DNA of 63,675 nt, the filler included, from Chrysochromulina tobinii (Eukaryota): NCBI GenBank assembly GCA_001275005.1. It is 7 parts of 7 records of this genome, joined end to end, with 100 filler letters (N's around TTAATTAATTAA, not from the genome) between each part and the next. Parts side by side here need not be neighbours in the genome. Positions count along the whole stretch, not along the records: positions 41,844 to 56,011 come from JWZX01000709.1; 6 more parts are not named here. One strand, 5' to 3'. Made by a program: the position numbers and the translations under genes. Positions within the stretch are counted from its first letter, which is position 1. Every line of letters starts with the position of its first letter. Below the pieces are notes generated by a model. It ran no database searches. It was given only the letters and a program-made list of their open reading frames with translations, and was not told the origin of the DNA. Positions 43,294 to 54,359 of the stretch are shown piece after piece.

Positions 43294-44871
43294 TCAGATG
43301 ACCTTGAGCTGGATGAGCCCGCCGGCAATGTCGTCGAGGAGCTGCACATCAGCGGCCTTGTACGGCCGGTCGGTCGAGCGCCTCGCCTCATCGAGCGTCG
43401 TGGCGGCGAGAGTGGGCTTGAAGGCCGCGCGCATGTCCTCGGGCGTCCCTGCATGAGCCTCAAAGTGCGAGGGCACGATCACCTTGAAGTCCCAGTTGGT
43501 GACGATGTCGTTCACCCAGCGGCTCAGCTCCGGCTTCACACGATCCGACCGGTAGATGAGCGAGTCGGTCACGGGAGCGACGATCCAGCGACCTTTGAGT
43601 GCCGCAAATGAAGGCGCCGGTGTCACGAGAGAGTCTGGACTCGGGCCGAAGAAGAGGGAGAGGAGTACGTTGCGCTCCCAGCCTCGCTGAACCACCTCGG
43701 CATCCGTGCCCTGGCGCATCCCGTCCGCCCACAGCTCATCCACAGTCTGAGCGGCGGTGCCGCGCCAGTTGACGGCACCTGCTCCCTTGAGGATGAGGTT
43801 CCCGAGAGAGTTGGTGTCACGTGCATTGTCGCCGATGGCACGCAGGTTACCCTCATCGTAAATCTTGGTGGGCGCGCCGGGCACGTAGATGAGCGCATCC
43901 GTCAGCGCGAGCGTCTTCGTGTCCTTGTGCAGCACCGCCGCCTCATTGGCCGCGTACCCTAGGCCGAGGCGCCGTGATGGGCGTAGTAGCTTCACTTCGA
44001 ACTCGTCTGTCAGGTCAGGCGCGTTCGCGTACGCTGCGGAGCCGGCGGCGGTGTCGGTGAGGTCGCCGCCGCCCGTGCCTTTTGTGTCGATGCCCAGCAG
44101 CGGCGCCGGCAGGTCGACCGGAAAGGACCACTGGTCCGGCACAGCCCACACCTTAGCCTCGGGGAAGCGCCTGGCGAACGGCCCGACGAACACCTTGTGC
44201 TCGTACGGGGTGGCGCCGAGGAGGATGTGGGCGACGCCTTTGCTGTCGAGCGCCTTGAGCTGCGCGAGGAACTCGTCCGTGGGTGCCACAGGGTTGTACA
44301 CGAGCAGGTGGTTGTCACGCATGCGGAAAACGGTACAGCGCACGTTGGCTGAGATGCCCGACAGTCGGATCTCCTGCTCAAACGAGTAGACGCGCCCCTT
44401 GACGAGCTCGCTCTCGACGGTCTTGCGCTCCGTGAATGGGCCAAGTGGGAAGGGGAAGCCGGTGAACAGAAGGTACTTTTGGCTAGGCGGCTTGGGAGCA
44501 GCGGGTGCGTCTGCGGCCGCGAGGCTCATTGTCGTGGGCAGCGCGCCGGCTGCGGCGGGAGGCTCGCCGCGCCGCTGCGGCGCCAAGGCCACCATCGCGG
44601 GCGGCTCGGGGGCAGCCATCATTGGAGCAGGTGGGAGCATGCTGCTCACCACCAGCGCGAGCGTCAACAGCGTGCGCACCAAGGTAGGAGGCGCCGCGCT
44701 GCTGCTGCTGCTGCCTCCGCTGGTCGTCGCCGTCGCCTTGCCAAAAGTAGGACCCTGCAGCCGCGCGACGGGTGCGGGCGACCTGCACGACATGAAAGTG
44801 CTCTTGCATGCAGCTATTTGAGAGGGCACTAACGACGGCAGTGCCGGCACTGAGAGCCCAGCTGCGTGCAT
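43294..44871 (-). CDS. DUF4336-family (metallo-beta-lactamase-like fold) algal/cyanobacterial protein
   Basis: PLGPFTERKT, LLVYNPVAPT, EHKVFVGPFARRFPEAKVW..PDQWSFP, WDFKVIVPSHF; long N-terminal presequence-like region. Confidence 0.8.
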   Translation of the reverse strand: MHAAGLSVPALPSLVPSQIAACKSTFMSCRSPAPVARLQGPTFGKATATTSGGSSSSSAAPPTLVRTLLTLALVVSSMLPPAPMMAAPEPPAMVALAPQRRGEPPAAAGALPTTMSLAAADAPAAPKPPSQKYLLFTGFPFPLGPFTERKTVESELVKGRVYSFEQEIRLSGISANVRCTVFRMRDNHLLVYNPVAPTDEFLAQLKALDSKGVAHILLGATPYEHKVFVGPFARRFPEAKVWAVPDQWSFPVDLPAPLLGIDTKGTGGGDLTDTAAGSAAYANAPDLTDEFEVKLLRPSRRLGLGYAANEAAVLHKDTKTLALTDALIYVPGAPTKIYDEGNLRAIGDNARDTNSLGNLILKGAGAVNWRGTAAQTVDELWADGMRQGTDAEVVQRGWERNVLLSLFFGPSPDSLVTPAPSFAALKGRWIVAPVTDSLIYRSDRVKPELSRWVNDIVTNWDFKVIVPSHFEAHAGTPEDMRAAFKPTLAATTLDEARRSTDRPYKAADVQLLDDIAGGLIQLKVI

Positions 44872-44975
44872 GAAATACAGCCTAATGCAATCGGAGATCA
44901 GTCAAGTCAAGGAAATTTCGAGCGGCGGGATTCCCCACAACCAGACGGTAAAAAATCTACGGCGTCCAAGTGGGC

Positions 44976-47804
44976 TCACCCGACCTGCACGTAAGCCACG
45001 TCCACCTCCGCTCCGGCGCGCACGAGCACGTCGATCCAGGCGAGCTGTCCGTCCCGTAGCGCGTCGCCGGGGCCCTTGACCTCGACGAATCGCGCCGCGC
45101 CGCGCGGGGCAGAGGGGCTAGGGGGTGCGAGGAGCAGCAGGTCGGGGGCGCCGTGTTGGGACCCCACGTAGTCGAGCGCGAGCGTGCGACAGATAGTGCT
45201 CACGACGGCGCCCCCGAGGGCTTCGAGCGCGTGCGCGGTGAGCGCTGTGTCGAGCGCCCCCCACTGGACGCCGATGGCGGCCTCGCCGTAGTGCTCCTTG
45301 TATGCGCGAGCCCAGCGCTCGACCGCTTCGCCGCGCTCGATGGCCTCAAGGGTCGCTTCAATGGCGTGCACTCGACGGCGGTAAAAGGCGCCCCCGCCCT
45401 CCAAAAGGTCCAGCGGCGCGTCGGCCATGGCGCCCGCGACGGCGCCAGGCCCGTGCGTCGGTGCAAACAGGCAATCCCATAGCAGCAGAGCGAAGGTGGA
45501 CAGGAAGAGTCCGTTCTCGAGGTGCACGCCACGCGTCCACTGCACGCCGCCGCCGCCGCCGCCGGTGCCGCCGTCGCCGTCGCCACCGCCGCGCAGGTAC
45601 CACTCCATGGCAAAGTCCTCAACGCCCACGGCAGCGCCCCTCCCACCCTCCCATCCAGTGCGTCGTCCGGCGCCGCCCTCCACCTCATCCCGCACGCTCG
45701 CGGCCAGACGCATCTCGCGCCCCGAGATGCGCACCTCGCGCGCAGCTCGCAGCTCAGGCAGCTTCGGCTTCTTCCAGCGGCGGGGCGCGACCGCGAGCTT
45801 CTGGAGCATCCGACGGACAGCGACCATCTGCGCTCGGCTGAGCTCGAAGGTATCTCGGCTGAGCTCGAAGGTAGCTCGGCTGAGCTCGAAGTGGTCGTCG
45901 TGGCTCTCTGCGGTCGCATCGGCAGCCGGTGCTGCAGCCGGCGGCATGGGGCCCGTCATCTCGACACAATCCGCGGCGCGTAGCCGACCGTCGGTCGCAT
46001 GGGCGGCTTCGCACAATCGGAGCGCTGCAAGCTTGGAGCCGTCGCTGTTCAGGTCACGCACCAGCTGCATAAAGGCCCCCGCTCGCACCGCGCACGGGAG
46101 CACGTCGCACCCAAGCAACGAGCGCAGTCGAGCGACGGAGTCGGGCTTGCGTCCGTCACGCCGCAGCTGCGCACATCCGGCAAGCACCGCACGCGCGAGG
46201 ACAGCGGCCGCAAACGAGGCACTCCCACCTCCCATCTCCCACACCGTGCCGGGCGCCGCGAGGTGCATCAGCCGCGCGTGCGCCTCGTCGGCCGCGCTCA
46301 ACACGACGCTCGCCGTTGCGGATGTCCCTAGACCCGCCTCCATGCGGTCGGTGAGCGCCAGGCAAGCCAGGAGATGCTCGAGGTCGTCGCGGCATCGCAG
46401 GCGGCGCACCGCCGCCGACGCCAAAGGGGCCGCCGACGGCAGCGCCGCCGACGCGTGTGCAGGCGCCGTGGCGAGCGCCGCGGCCCCTCCGAATCGAGTG
46501 TGGGTGGTGAGGCCCGCATGGCCCCTGAGCATGCAAGCTGCCTCTTCTGGGCGGTAGCCGCAATTGACGAACCCGACGACGCTGAGCCGATGCAGCGCGC
46601 TCGCCACCTCTGGGCGCAGCCGCACGCACGGACCGAGCGCCTGCAGCAGAGGCGACAGGTCGGGCTTCCGCCGTCGGCCGAGAGCTGCCACCAACTGCTG
46701 CGCTAGCACGCTGTTGAGCGAGGGGCCGGGCTCCGCACCGGTAACGGCACCGGCGGCGCCCGCGGCACCCGCAGCGCCGTCGCGGGCGCTGCTCGACGGT
46801 GGCACGCCGGACGACGAGCCGATGGCAAGCGCGGCGGCCGCGGGCGGGCCTAGGCCCGTCTGCGTGTGCAACTCGCGTAGCACGCGCACGGGGAGAGTCG
46901 CTAGAGGTGTGAGAAGTGACGGGAGCGAGGGCGGCGGTGAGGGCGGCGGCGAGCTTCGCAACACCTCGAGGAGCTCGTAGGCCTCGCAGTCCTCGAGTGC
47001 GGATGCCCACGCCGCCGCGCACACCGCGGACGGAGCGGCGCCACCCGATGCGGCGCCCGATGCTGCCAGTGGAGCGGGGAGCGTCTGCAACCGCACCCAC
47101 ACCCCAGGCGAAGCCAGCGCGTGTGCAGTCAGGGCGGCGCTCTGTCGAGCGCTCGCGAGGTGCTGTGCGATCATCGTCTCGGTGGCCGTGAGCAGCGGCG
47201 AGGGCGGTGCCGGCGCCTCGGCAGGTGCGGTAAGGCAGCCCTCGGGCGTCGCGAGCATGAGCAGCACGTGCCGGCACAGCAGCGCAAGAGCGCCGCCTAC
47301 GCCGCCCTCACCCGCGTCGCCGCCCTCTCTCCGCCCGCCGCCGTTTGCACTGCTGCCGCTGCTGCCTCGCATCGACACCCAGCTGTTGCGTCGGCGCAGG
47401 TCGCAGCAGAGCGCGGTGCCACCACCTGGGTAGCACACATCATGCAGCCGGTTGGTGTACGCCGGCATGTAAGCCGCGAAGGTCAATTCTTGCGAGGCGA
47501 CCACAGTTACGGCAGGCGGCGCAGGCGCGATACCAAATGCGCGAGCGAGTGGTGTGCTCAGCAGCGCGGGAGAGGTGCTCGACGGCGGTGGTGGCGGCGT
47601 CACAGTGAGCGTCACAGCTGTCGGCCGTGCGGACGGTGCTTCGGCTGGGGCTCCAGTCATCGGAGTCGTCAGGCTCGGCGCCGCCGCAGAGGAGACTTCG
47701 GCTGCGTCCAAATGGCTGTCCAGGTGCTCATTAATCTTGAAAGCGGGCACGCAGGCGGAGCACATCGGGCACTGCACGAAGCGCGACATCGCCTCCTTTC
47801 CCAA
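44976..47804 (-). CDS. FAN1: Fanconi-associated nuclease 1-like
   Basis: N-terminal UBZ finger CPMC..INEHLD; C-terminal VRR_NUC: HLENG, GAPDL, FVEVKGPGDAL..GQLAWI. Confidence 0.85.
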   Translation of the reverse strand: MGKEAMSRFVQCPMCSACVPAFKINEHLDSHLDAAEVSSAAAPSLTTPMTGAPAEAPSARPTAVTLTVTPPPPPSSTSPALLSTPLARAFGIAPAPPAVTVVASQELTFAAYMPAYTNRLHDVCYPGGGTALCCDLRRRNSWVSMRGSSGSSANGGGRREGGDAGEGGVGGALALLCRHVLLMLATPEGCLTAPAEAPAPPSPLLTATETMIAQHLASARQSAALTAHALASPGVWVRLQTLPAPLAASGAASGGAAPSAVCAAAWASALEDCEAYELLEVLRSSPPPSPPPSLPSLLTPLATLPVRVLRELHTQTGLGPPAAAALAIGSSSGVPPSSSARDGAAGAAGAAGAVTGAEPGPSLNSVLAQQLVAALGRRRKPDLSPLLQALGPCVRLRPEVASALHRLSVVGFVNCGYRPEEAACMLRGHAGLTTHTRFGGAAALATAPAHASAALPSAAPLASAAVRRLRCRDDLEHLLACLALTDRMEAGLGTSATASVVLSAADEAHARLMHLAAPGTVWEMGGGSASFAAAVLARAVLAGCAQLRRDGRKPDSVARLRSLLGCDVLPCAVRAGAFMQLVRDLNSDGSKLAALRLCEAAHATDGRLRAADCVEMTGPMPPAAAPAADATAESHDDHFELSRATFELSRDTFELSRAQMVAVRRMLQKLAVAPRRWKKPKLPELRAAREVRISGREMRLAASVRDEVEGGAGRRTGWEGGRGAAVGVEDFAMEWYLRGGGDGDGGTGGGGGGVQWTRGVHLENGLFLSTFALLLWDCLFAPTHGPGAVAGAMADAPLDLLEGGGAFYRRRVHAIEATLEAIERGEAVERWARAYKEHYGEAAIGVQWGALDTALTAHALEALGGAVVSTICRTLALDYVGSQHGAPDLLLLAPPSPSAPRGAARFVEVKGPGDALRDGQLAWIDVLVRAGAEVDVAYVQVG

Positions 47805-48198
47805 GTGTGAACGTTCACACGTTAACGTTCACGTTAAATTGCCAAGAAAGAACAGTGATCAAAGAAAGGGGTTTCGATCCGAATTCGAGTTGTCCTCGCC
47901 GCCCGCACGGAAGTGACACCTCAAAGTTATATCTTTTGTTTTTCAGCGCCCTCGGCCTCGCTGGTCGGACGCTGCTCGCTGACGCTTAACCAACGCGAGC
48001 AAACGTCCGATCCCACAGGACCCAGCACCTGATGCGGCTTCAAAAGTTCAAATTGGATGCGGCTATATTATATTAATCCAGTCGACTCACGGCTGTTGAG
48101 TGTTGTCCCCGGCGCGTGCTGTCCTCCTGTACATCTACTCGCGCTACATAGTACGTCGTAGTACGCTATTTCCGGGATTGCGTTCACCTCGCGTTCAT

Positions 48199-49770
48199 TC
48201 ACATACGCTGCGCCAGCACGCTCGGCTTCGAATGCGCAGTGGCGGTACTTGGCCGCGAGGGCGGCGCTCGTGCTCCTGCTGCCACAGCCACAGGAGTACT
48301 CAGCGGCGGCGGCGGCAAGATCGCGGCCCCGGCGGCAGCAAGCGGCTGCAGGAGCGTGCTCTCCACCCAGGCAGCGACCACCTGCTGAGCGCGTTGACGC
48401 GCCTGTTGTATGCGCGTACTCGTAACTATTGCTACGGCTGCGCGTGACTCGGCTCTTGCCTCTCTCGCCACCTGTGGAGAACCTGGTTGTGAAGCTTCAT
48501 GCGGCACCCGAAGGGCGACGGACGATTGATGGGGCATGATCACGGGCATCCTCCGTCGGGGGGTGCGGGCAGAGTCGCGGGGTCGGGGCGTCACGCGAGG
48601 CGTACGCGAGCGGGCACTGGCCTGAGGCTGGTGGCGCAGAAGGGTCGATGCATGACGGGCTTCGGTCGCTTCCTCCAGAATTAGCGCTTCCTCGAGAAGG
48701 AAGAGCTCGCTGGCGGACAGCACATTGCCGGCGCGGTGCTTCGCCCCCACCGCTTGCCCGGCGCCGGAGCGCATCGGCTTCGTAGACGGCAAGGTCGATG
48801 CATGGATCGATGCATGCACGTGTCGCCACTGCTCCGTGCCGTGGCGGCTGTTATGGCGGCTGTGCGACCCCTCGTCAAGCTCTTTCTTCTCCTCGTTGTC
48901 TCCACTCGTTCGTTTTGAGAGGAGCTGCCCCTGCAGCAGCTGCTGCTGCCGCTGCTGCTGCCGCTGCTGCCGCTGCTGCTGCAGCTGCTGCAGCATCTGC
49001 TGCTGCTGCTGCTGCTGCCGACGCCGGCATGCGTGCTCCTGCTCCGTGCGCTCCTGCAGCTGCGCCCTGCGCCGTGCCGCCTCGCGCTGCGAAACCTCGG
49101 CGTCCCGCGCCATCGCGGCCATCTCCCCAACGTACCCCGGGCGCGACGCCGCATGCAGATTCGCCTCCCAGCGCTCGCGTAGACCAGACAGCACCTCCGC
49201 CTGCGAATGAATGGCACTTTGCTTCGCTTGCAAGCGCAGCTTCGCCACCGTGCGCTTAGCGAGCCGGCGACGCATGGCGCTCTGCAGGCGCACGACTGCC
49301 TTCACACGCACGCGCTTGTTGTTCTGCTCTGCTGCCTGCTTGCTCGCCTTCTTGCCTGAGCGACTACGGGGCTGCGCCGCCGCCGCCTTCCCCGCGACAG
49401 CGACCAGCACGGAATCAGGGAGCGTGGTCTTCGGATCCAGGGGCGGCGAAGGCGTCCGTGCCCCCAGCCCGTTGGATTCTGATGAGGATGCCACACTTCT
49501 ACTGAGCATCTCTGAAGAGGTCGACGAGAACGCTGTCGAGCTCGCCCAAGTGCTTCCGGTGGAAGTGCTCGTGAAGGGCGAGCTAGAGGGCGTCGACGAG
49601 TTCGTCATCCCCCGCGCCGGCAGGGCGAAGCTCGTGCGCTTCGGCATCGCGAATTGGCATGGCTTTTGCTTCGCGACGATGTTCAAGAAATTCAGACCGT
49701 CAAATGCGTGGGATGGAAGTTGAGTTTCTTGAAATGCATGTCTTTTCTTTGACATGCAAGACCAAGGCAT
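48199..49770 (-). CDS. Low-complexity protein with an IQ calmodulin-binding motif and poly-Q
   Basis: AVVRLQSAMRRRLAKR; Gln-rich coiled coil; start codon uncertain. Confidence 0.5.
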   Translation of the reverse strand: MPWSCMSKKRHAFQETQLPSHAFDGLNFLNIVAKQKPCQFAMPKRTSFALPARGMTNSSTPSSSPFTSTSTGSTWASSTAFSSTSSEMLSRSVASSSESNGLGARTPSPPLDPKTTLPDSVLVAVAGKAAAAQPRSRSGKKASKQAAEQNNKRVRVKAVVRLQSAMRRRLAKRTVAKLRLQAKQSAIHSQAEVLSGLRERWEANLHAASRPGYVGEMAAMARDAEVSQREAARRRAQLQERTEQEHACRRRQQQQQQQMLQQLQQQRQQRQQQRQQQLLQGQLLSKRTSGDNEEKKELDEGSHSRHNSRHGTEQWRHVHASIHASTLPSTKPMRSGAGQAVGAKHRAGNVLSASELFLLEEALILEEATEARHASTLLRHQPQASARSRTPRVTPRPRDSARTPRRRMPVIMPHQSSVALRVPHEASQPGSPQVAREARAESRAAVAIVTSTRIQQARQRAQQVVAAWVESTLLQPLAAAGAAILPPPPLSTPVAVAAGARAPPSRPSTATAHSKPSVLAQRM

Positions 49771-50149
49771 TTAGTCACGCCGCGAGAGACGAAATAGGGC
49801 TTCAAAACTGGTCAAGTTCTGAACGGCTCATCTGAAACCAAATTTCGATATGGCCAATTCACGCCCGCGGCGCCAACGGCAGCCCGTGGAAACTCTGGAG
49901 CTCCACAGCGTCGCTTTTTTGTGCGCTGCTGCTGCCGACGCCGCGCCGGGCCAGTATCAGGGCCGTGGCCAATCCCGCTGCGCACGCCGCCCCCAACCGT
50001 GGGCCCAGCACCCTAGCCTTCTCGAGGATGAAAGTCAAGATCTCTAGCTTGTACCGAACCTTTGTGGGGATGCGGAGGGAACTTCGGTAACTGAGACACT
50101 CGAAGCGCGTTTGCTGCGCTATTCTCGCAGACTTTCGCTTACTTCAATC

Positions 50150-51987
50150 ATGATGGGTGATGCGTTTGCCCCCGTCAATCTCTACGAGCAGGGCAGTCAG
50201 GAGGCCAGGGGCGAGCAGGCTCGCATGGTGCGCACTCGCGCTTACGCACGCTGCCCCGCCCTTCGCGCACATGCAGCACGAGTGGCTTGTCGAGGAGGAT
50301 TGAAGTTAAGAGATGTACCAAACCTTGATGGGAATGCGGAGTCATCCTTCGGCAGACTGAGACAAGCACACGCCCGCTATACCTTTTGCACGCCCCCCAC
50401 GAGTGCCCGAAAGGGTGAGCGGGCCGCTCACCACGCTTCGCTGCCGCCCTCCCGGAAGCCTTCGCGCAGGCCTCCATCGTCGGCGCACTCGCGATCGCCG
50501 ACCTTGTCAAGTCGTCCCTCGGGCCCAAGGGCATGGACAAGATCCTCCAGTCGACGAGCCGGGGCGGCAACGTGTCGGTGACCAACGACGGCGCGACGAT
50601 CCTCAAGTCGGTGCTCATCGACAACCCGGCGGCCAAGGTCCTCATCGACATCTCCAAGGTGCAGGACGACGAGGTGGGCGATGGCACCACCTCTGTGTGC
50701 GTGCTCGCGGGCGAGTTCCTGCGCCAGGCGGCCGAGCTCATCGAGAAGAAGATGCACCCGCAGACAGTGGTGGCGGGGTACCGGCTGGCGCGGGACGCGG
50801 CGCTCAAGGCGCTCGACACCGCCGCCGTCGACCACTCCAAGTCGCCCGAGGACTTCCGCCAGGACCTGATCAACATCGCCAAGACGGTGCTCTCCTCGAA
50901 GGTTGTCGCGCAGGACAAGGAGCACTTTGCCGAGATCGCGGTGCAGGCGGTGCTCAAGCTCAAGGGGAGCACGAACCTCGACCAGATCCAGATCATCAAG
51001 CGCATCGGCGGCACGCTCACCGACTCGTACCTCGACCCCGACGGCTTCCTCCTCGACAAGAAGATCTCGGTCGGCTGCCCCAAGCGCATGACCAACTGCA
51101 AGGTCATCGTGGCCAACACGCCCATGGACACGGACAAGGTCAAGATTTACGGCGCCAAGGTGAAGGTGGACTCGGTGGCCAAGGTGGCCGAGATCGAGGC
51201 GGCCGAGAAGGCCAAGATGCTCGACAAGGTCGACCGCATCCTCGCGCACGGGTGCAACGTCTTTTGCAACCGGCAGCTCATCTACAACCTGCCGGAGCAG
51301 CGGATGGCCGACGCGGGCGTGATGGCCATCGAGCACACCGACTTCGACGGCACCGAGCGGCTCGCGCTCGTGCTCGGCGCAGACATCGTCTCCACATTCG
51401 ACACGCCCGATAATGTCAAGCTCGGCCGGTGCGACCTGATCGAGGAGGTCATGATCGGCGAGGACAAGCTCATTCGCTTCTCGGGCTGCCCCAACTCGCA
51501 GGCCTCGTCCATCGTCATCCGTGGCGCCAACGAGCACGTCGTGGACGAGGCGCACCGCTCGCTGCACGACGCGCTCTGCGTGCTCTCGCAGACGGTCAAG
51601 AACACGTGCATCATCCCCGGCGGAGGTGCCACCGAGATGCTCATGGCGCAGGCCGTCGATGAAGCTTCCCAAGAGATCGGAGGCAAGCAGTCGCTCGCCA
51701 TGGAGGCGTACGCCCGCGCGCTGCGTGCGATGCCCATGCACATTGCGGACAACGCGGGATACGACTCGGCCGAGCTCGTCGCCGAGCTACGTGCGAAGCA
51801 CTTTGCGGGCAAGCACTCGTTTGGGCTGCAGATGGACACGGGCACCGTAGAGGACATGTGGGCCCACGGCATCTGCGACTCGTACCAGGTCAAGAAGCAG
51901 GTGGTCATTTCTTCGTCCGAGGCGGCCGAGATGATCCTGCGCGTGGACGACATCGTGCAGTGCGCCCCGCGCAACCGCCAGCAATAG
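50150..51987 (+). CDS. CCT2: T-complex protein 1 subunit beta; intron 50228-50469
   Basis: [72 protein letters not shown]; phase-0 GTGCGC..GCAG intron. Confidence 0.97.
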
Positions 51988-52282
51988 AGAGCGTGCGCCG
52001 TGGGCGGGCACGCCGCTGGGCGCCACCAGGGGCCGGAAGAGCACTGAGAAGCTCGCCGGGGTCAGCCGCGAGGCACCCGACATCCGGGGGCGACTGTACG
52101 GGGGCGACGCCGACGGGGCGAGTCTCCAGCCGGCACGGACTGGAGTCTCCACCCGGACGAACAGCAACGCGACACAGGGTGGGGCTGCACTTCCTCTATG
52201 TGTCACACAATGTGTTCGGGACGCTCTGTGGAGTGTCTCGAGGGGACCGAGTTGGCGGCCGAGTCTTAATGGCATCTTTAAC

Positions 52283-54040
52283 ATGGTCTTCACAGTCGAG
52301 TTCACACGAGGTCCGACGGAAATGCCTGAATCGGCCGCCCGAGCGATGCCCAAGGCCAAGCCGGCGAAAGGCTTCGGCACGGCCACCGTGGCGCCCAACC
52401 CTCAAGATGAATGCAGCTTCGAGACGACTGTTTTCGACAAATACGAGATCAATTTTAGCGCCAAGGCCATCCGGTACTCTGTGCAGGTCATTCGGAAGCC
52501 GAAGATCATTGAGCCGTTTGGGCTGAGCATCGTGTTTCACGAGGCGCTGCCAGAGTCGTGGAAGACCGATCCGCCGTCTCGCCTGCTGATGGGATTGGGC
52601 ATGGCTGTGATCTCGCACGTGTGGACAGGCTTTTGCACGCCGACGATCATCGTGCGTGCCGGGCGGCTCTCACCCGATGATGTCCGATTCTGGCAAGATG
52701 TGTACACGTATGGGCTCTGCGAGCACTTCCTCATCAATCAAATCGAAAGCCTGGACGGCCGCGCCGGCGGCACGCTCATCGTTGACATCCGTGTCGTTGT
52801 CGATTCCGACGAGTCCAAGACGACACCGCAACCCGCCGCCACCACGTCCGCTGCGCCGCCACCCGCCGCGGCGGTTTCAGTACCGAAGCGCGTCATGGTG
52901 CCGGTAGGCGGCGGCAAGGACAGCGCGACCGTCCTGCAGCTGATGCGCAAGGCGGGCGTGGCGCAGGTCGTGCCTTTCTTCCTTGCCGATCCGACGGGCG
53001 AATGGCAGCAGTGTTGGCGCTACCGTGCCGTGTGCGCGGCGGCGGGTACGGAAGCGCCGTGCATCGTGGACTTCGACTGGCCGTCCGCCAATTACCAGCG
53101 GTTCCACGCGATCAAGCGCTCGCGCCCGGGAATGCAGAACAAGTGGGACAACTCCGCGCGGCTATGGGCGGCTCTCTGCGCCTTTACCGCCGCAACTGCG
53201 GCGCTCGTGCGCGACTGCGAGTACGTGGCCGTTGGCAACGAACGATCAGCCAATTTAGGCAACGGCGTCTCATGGGGCGGCCACGTTGTGAACCATCAGT
53301 ACGACAAGAGCTTCGCCTTCGAGGCGCGCGCGCACGCGTACTTGCGACCGTGCGGCGTGTACTACTTCTCGGCCTTGATGCACCTGTGGGACGTGCAGGT
53401 CGTCGAGCACTTTTGTCGGCTGGCGCGTGCCTTCGTGCCGCTCATCATCTCGTGCAACGAGCCGCTCGGCCGCGCCAATTCTCGCTGGTGTGGCCAGTGC
53501 GAAAAGTGCGCCTTCGTCTTCGCCATGCTTTCAGCCTTTTTATCGCTTCCGCACGAAGCGATGGCCGTCTGGGGCGATGACCTGCTCGAAACCACCGAAA
53601 TCTTTCCGAGATTTGATGAGCTCTGCGGGCGACGCGAGCAAGTGCGTCTCCCCGACGGCCGCATGCTCCCTGGGCGCTTGGCGCTACAAAACACCCCTCC
53701 AGGGCCCGAGTCCCGCTGCCTGCGCTACTGCCCAGGCTGCGACTCTCTCAAGCCCCTCGACTGCGTTGGCACCGTCGAGGAGGCGAAGCTTGCTCTTTGG
53801 CTTGCGCGCCGGCGCCGTCTCGAGCACATGGCCAGCGGAGGCGGCGGCGGCGGCGGGCTGCCAAAGTACTTTTCGTCGCATGGCCCGTGGAAGCAGGTGC
53901 AGGCGGAGCTGGATCGAGCACCGGAGGCCTCCCTCGCGCTCTTGGACGAATGGAATGACGACAACCTGCTGCCTTCGTGGCTCGAGCCCACGTGTCGCGA
54001 GCTCTTTCAGGAGCGCGTCAGGGTCACACCCGTAAAGTAG
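52283..54040 (+). CDS. murL: MurL-family (UDP-MurNAc-L-Ala-L-Glu epimerase-like) PP-loop ATPase
   Basis: VPVGGGKDS, GNERSAN, VNHQYDKSFAFE, ISCN, WCGQCEKCAFVF, KPLDCVGT appear in the order seen in bacterial MurL. Confidence 0.8.
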   Translation: MVFTVEFTRGPTEMPESAARAMPKAKPAKGFGTATVAPNPQDECSFETTVFDKYEINFSAKAIRYSVQVIRKPKIIEPFGLSIVFHEALPESWKTDPPSRLLMGLGMAVISHVWTGFCTPTIIVRAGRLSPDDVRFWQDVYTYGLCEHFLINQIESLDGRAGGTLIVDIRVVVDSDESKTTPQPAATTSAAPPPAAAVSVPKRVMVPVGGGKDSATVLQLMRKAGVAQVVPFFLADPTGEWQQCWRYRAVCAAAGTEAPCIVDFDWPSANYQRFHAIKRSRPGMQNKWDNSARLWAALCAFTAATAALVRDCEYVAVGNERSANLGNGVSWGGHVVNHQYDKSFAFEARAHAYLRPCGVYYFSALMHLWDVQVVEHFCRLARAFVPLIISCNEPLGRANSRWCGQCEKCAFVFAMLSAFLSLPHEAMAVWGDDLLETTEIFPRFDELCGRREQVRLPDGRMLPGRLALQNTPPGPESRCLRYCPGCDSLKPLDCVGTVEEAKLALWLARRRRLEHMASGGGGGGGLPKYFSSHGPWKQVQAELDRAPEASLALLDEWNDDNLLPSWLEPTCRELFQERVRVTPVK

Positions 54041-54359
54041 CCACGCCTGTCCCCCTGGGTGTTCTTGGATGCCACTGCACCCACAGAGCCTGAAGCAGTT
54101 TCGTGTCCGTCGACCGGCACGGCCCCCCGGCCGGGGAGAGGGAGGATCCCCCATCGGCGCATCGCATCTTCGTGCCGCGAGTGCCACGCGTGTCCCGTCC
54201 ATTGCAAGCGCCTGTACAGCTGCACTGTAACGCTCTCACACATTGATAGTCTACATCCAAAAGGAACTTTAGTACGAAGTAGAAGTATTAATTTCGAGCA
54301 ACGAGGCGCAAGCCTCATCGCATCCTCTCAACCTCTCGATCCGGAACTCACGTCAGAAC

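Noticed and set aside
45834..45890. 21-bp triple repeat in FAN1 (FELSRxT)
   Set aside because: In-frame slippage repeat in a linker; no sign of separate function
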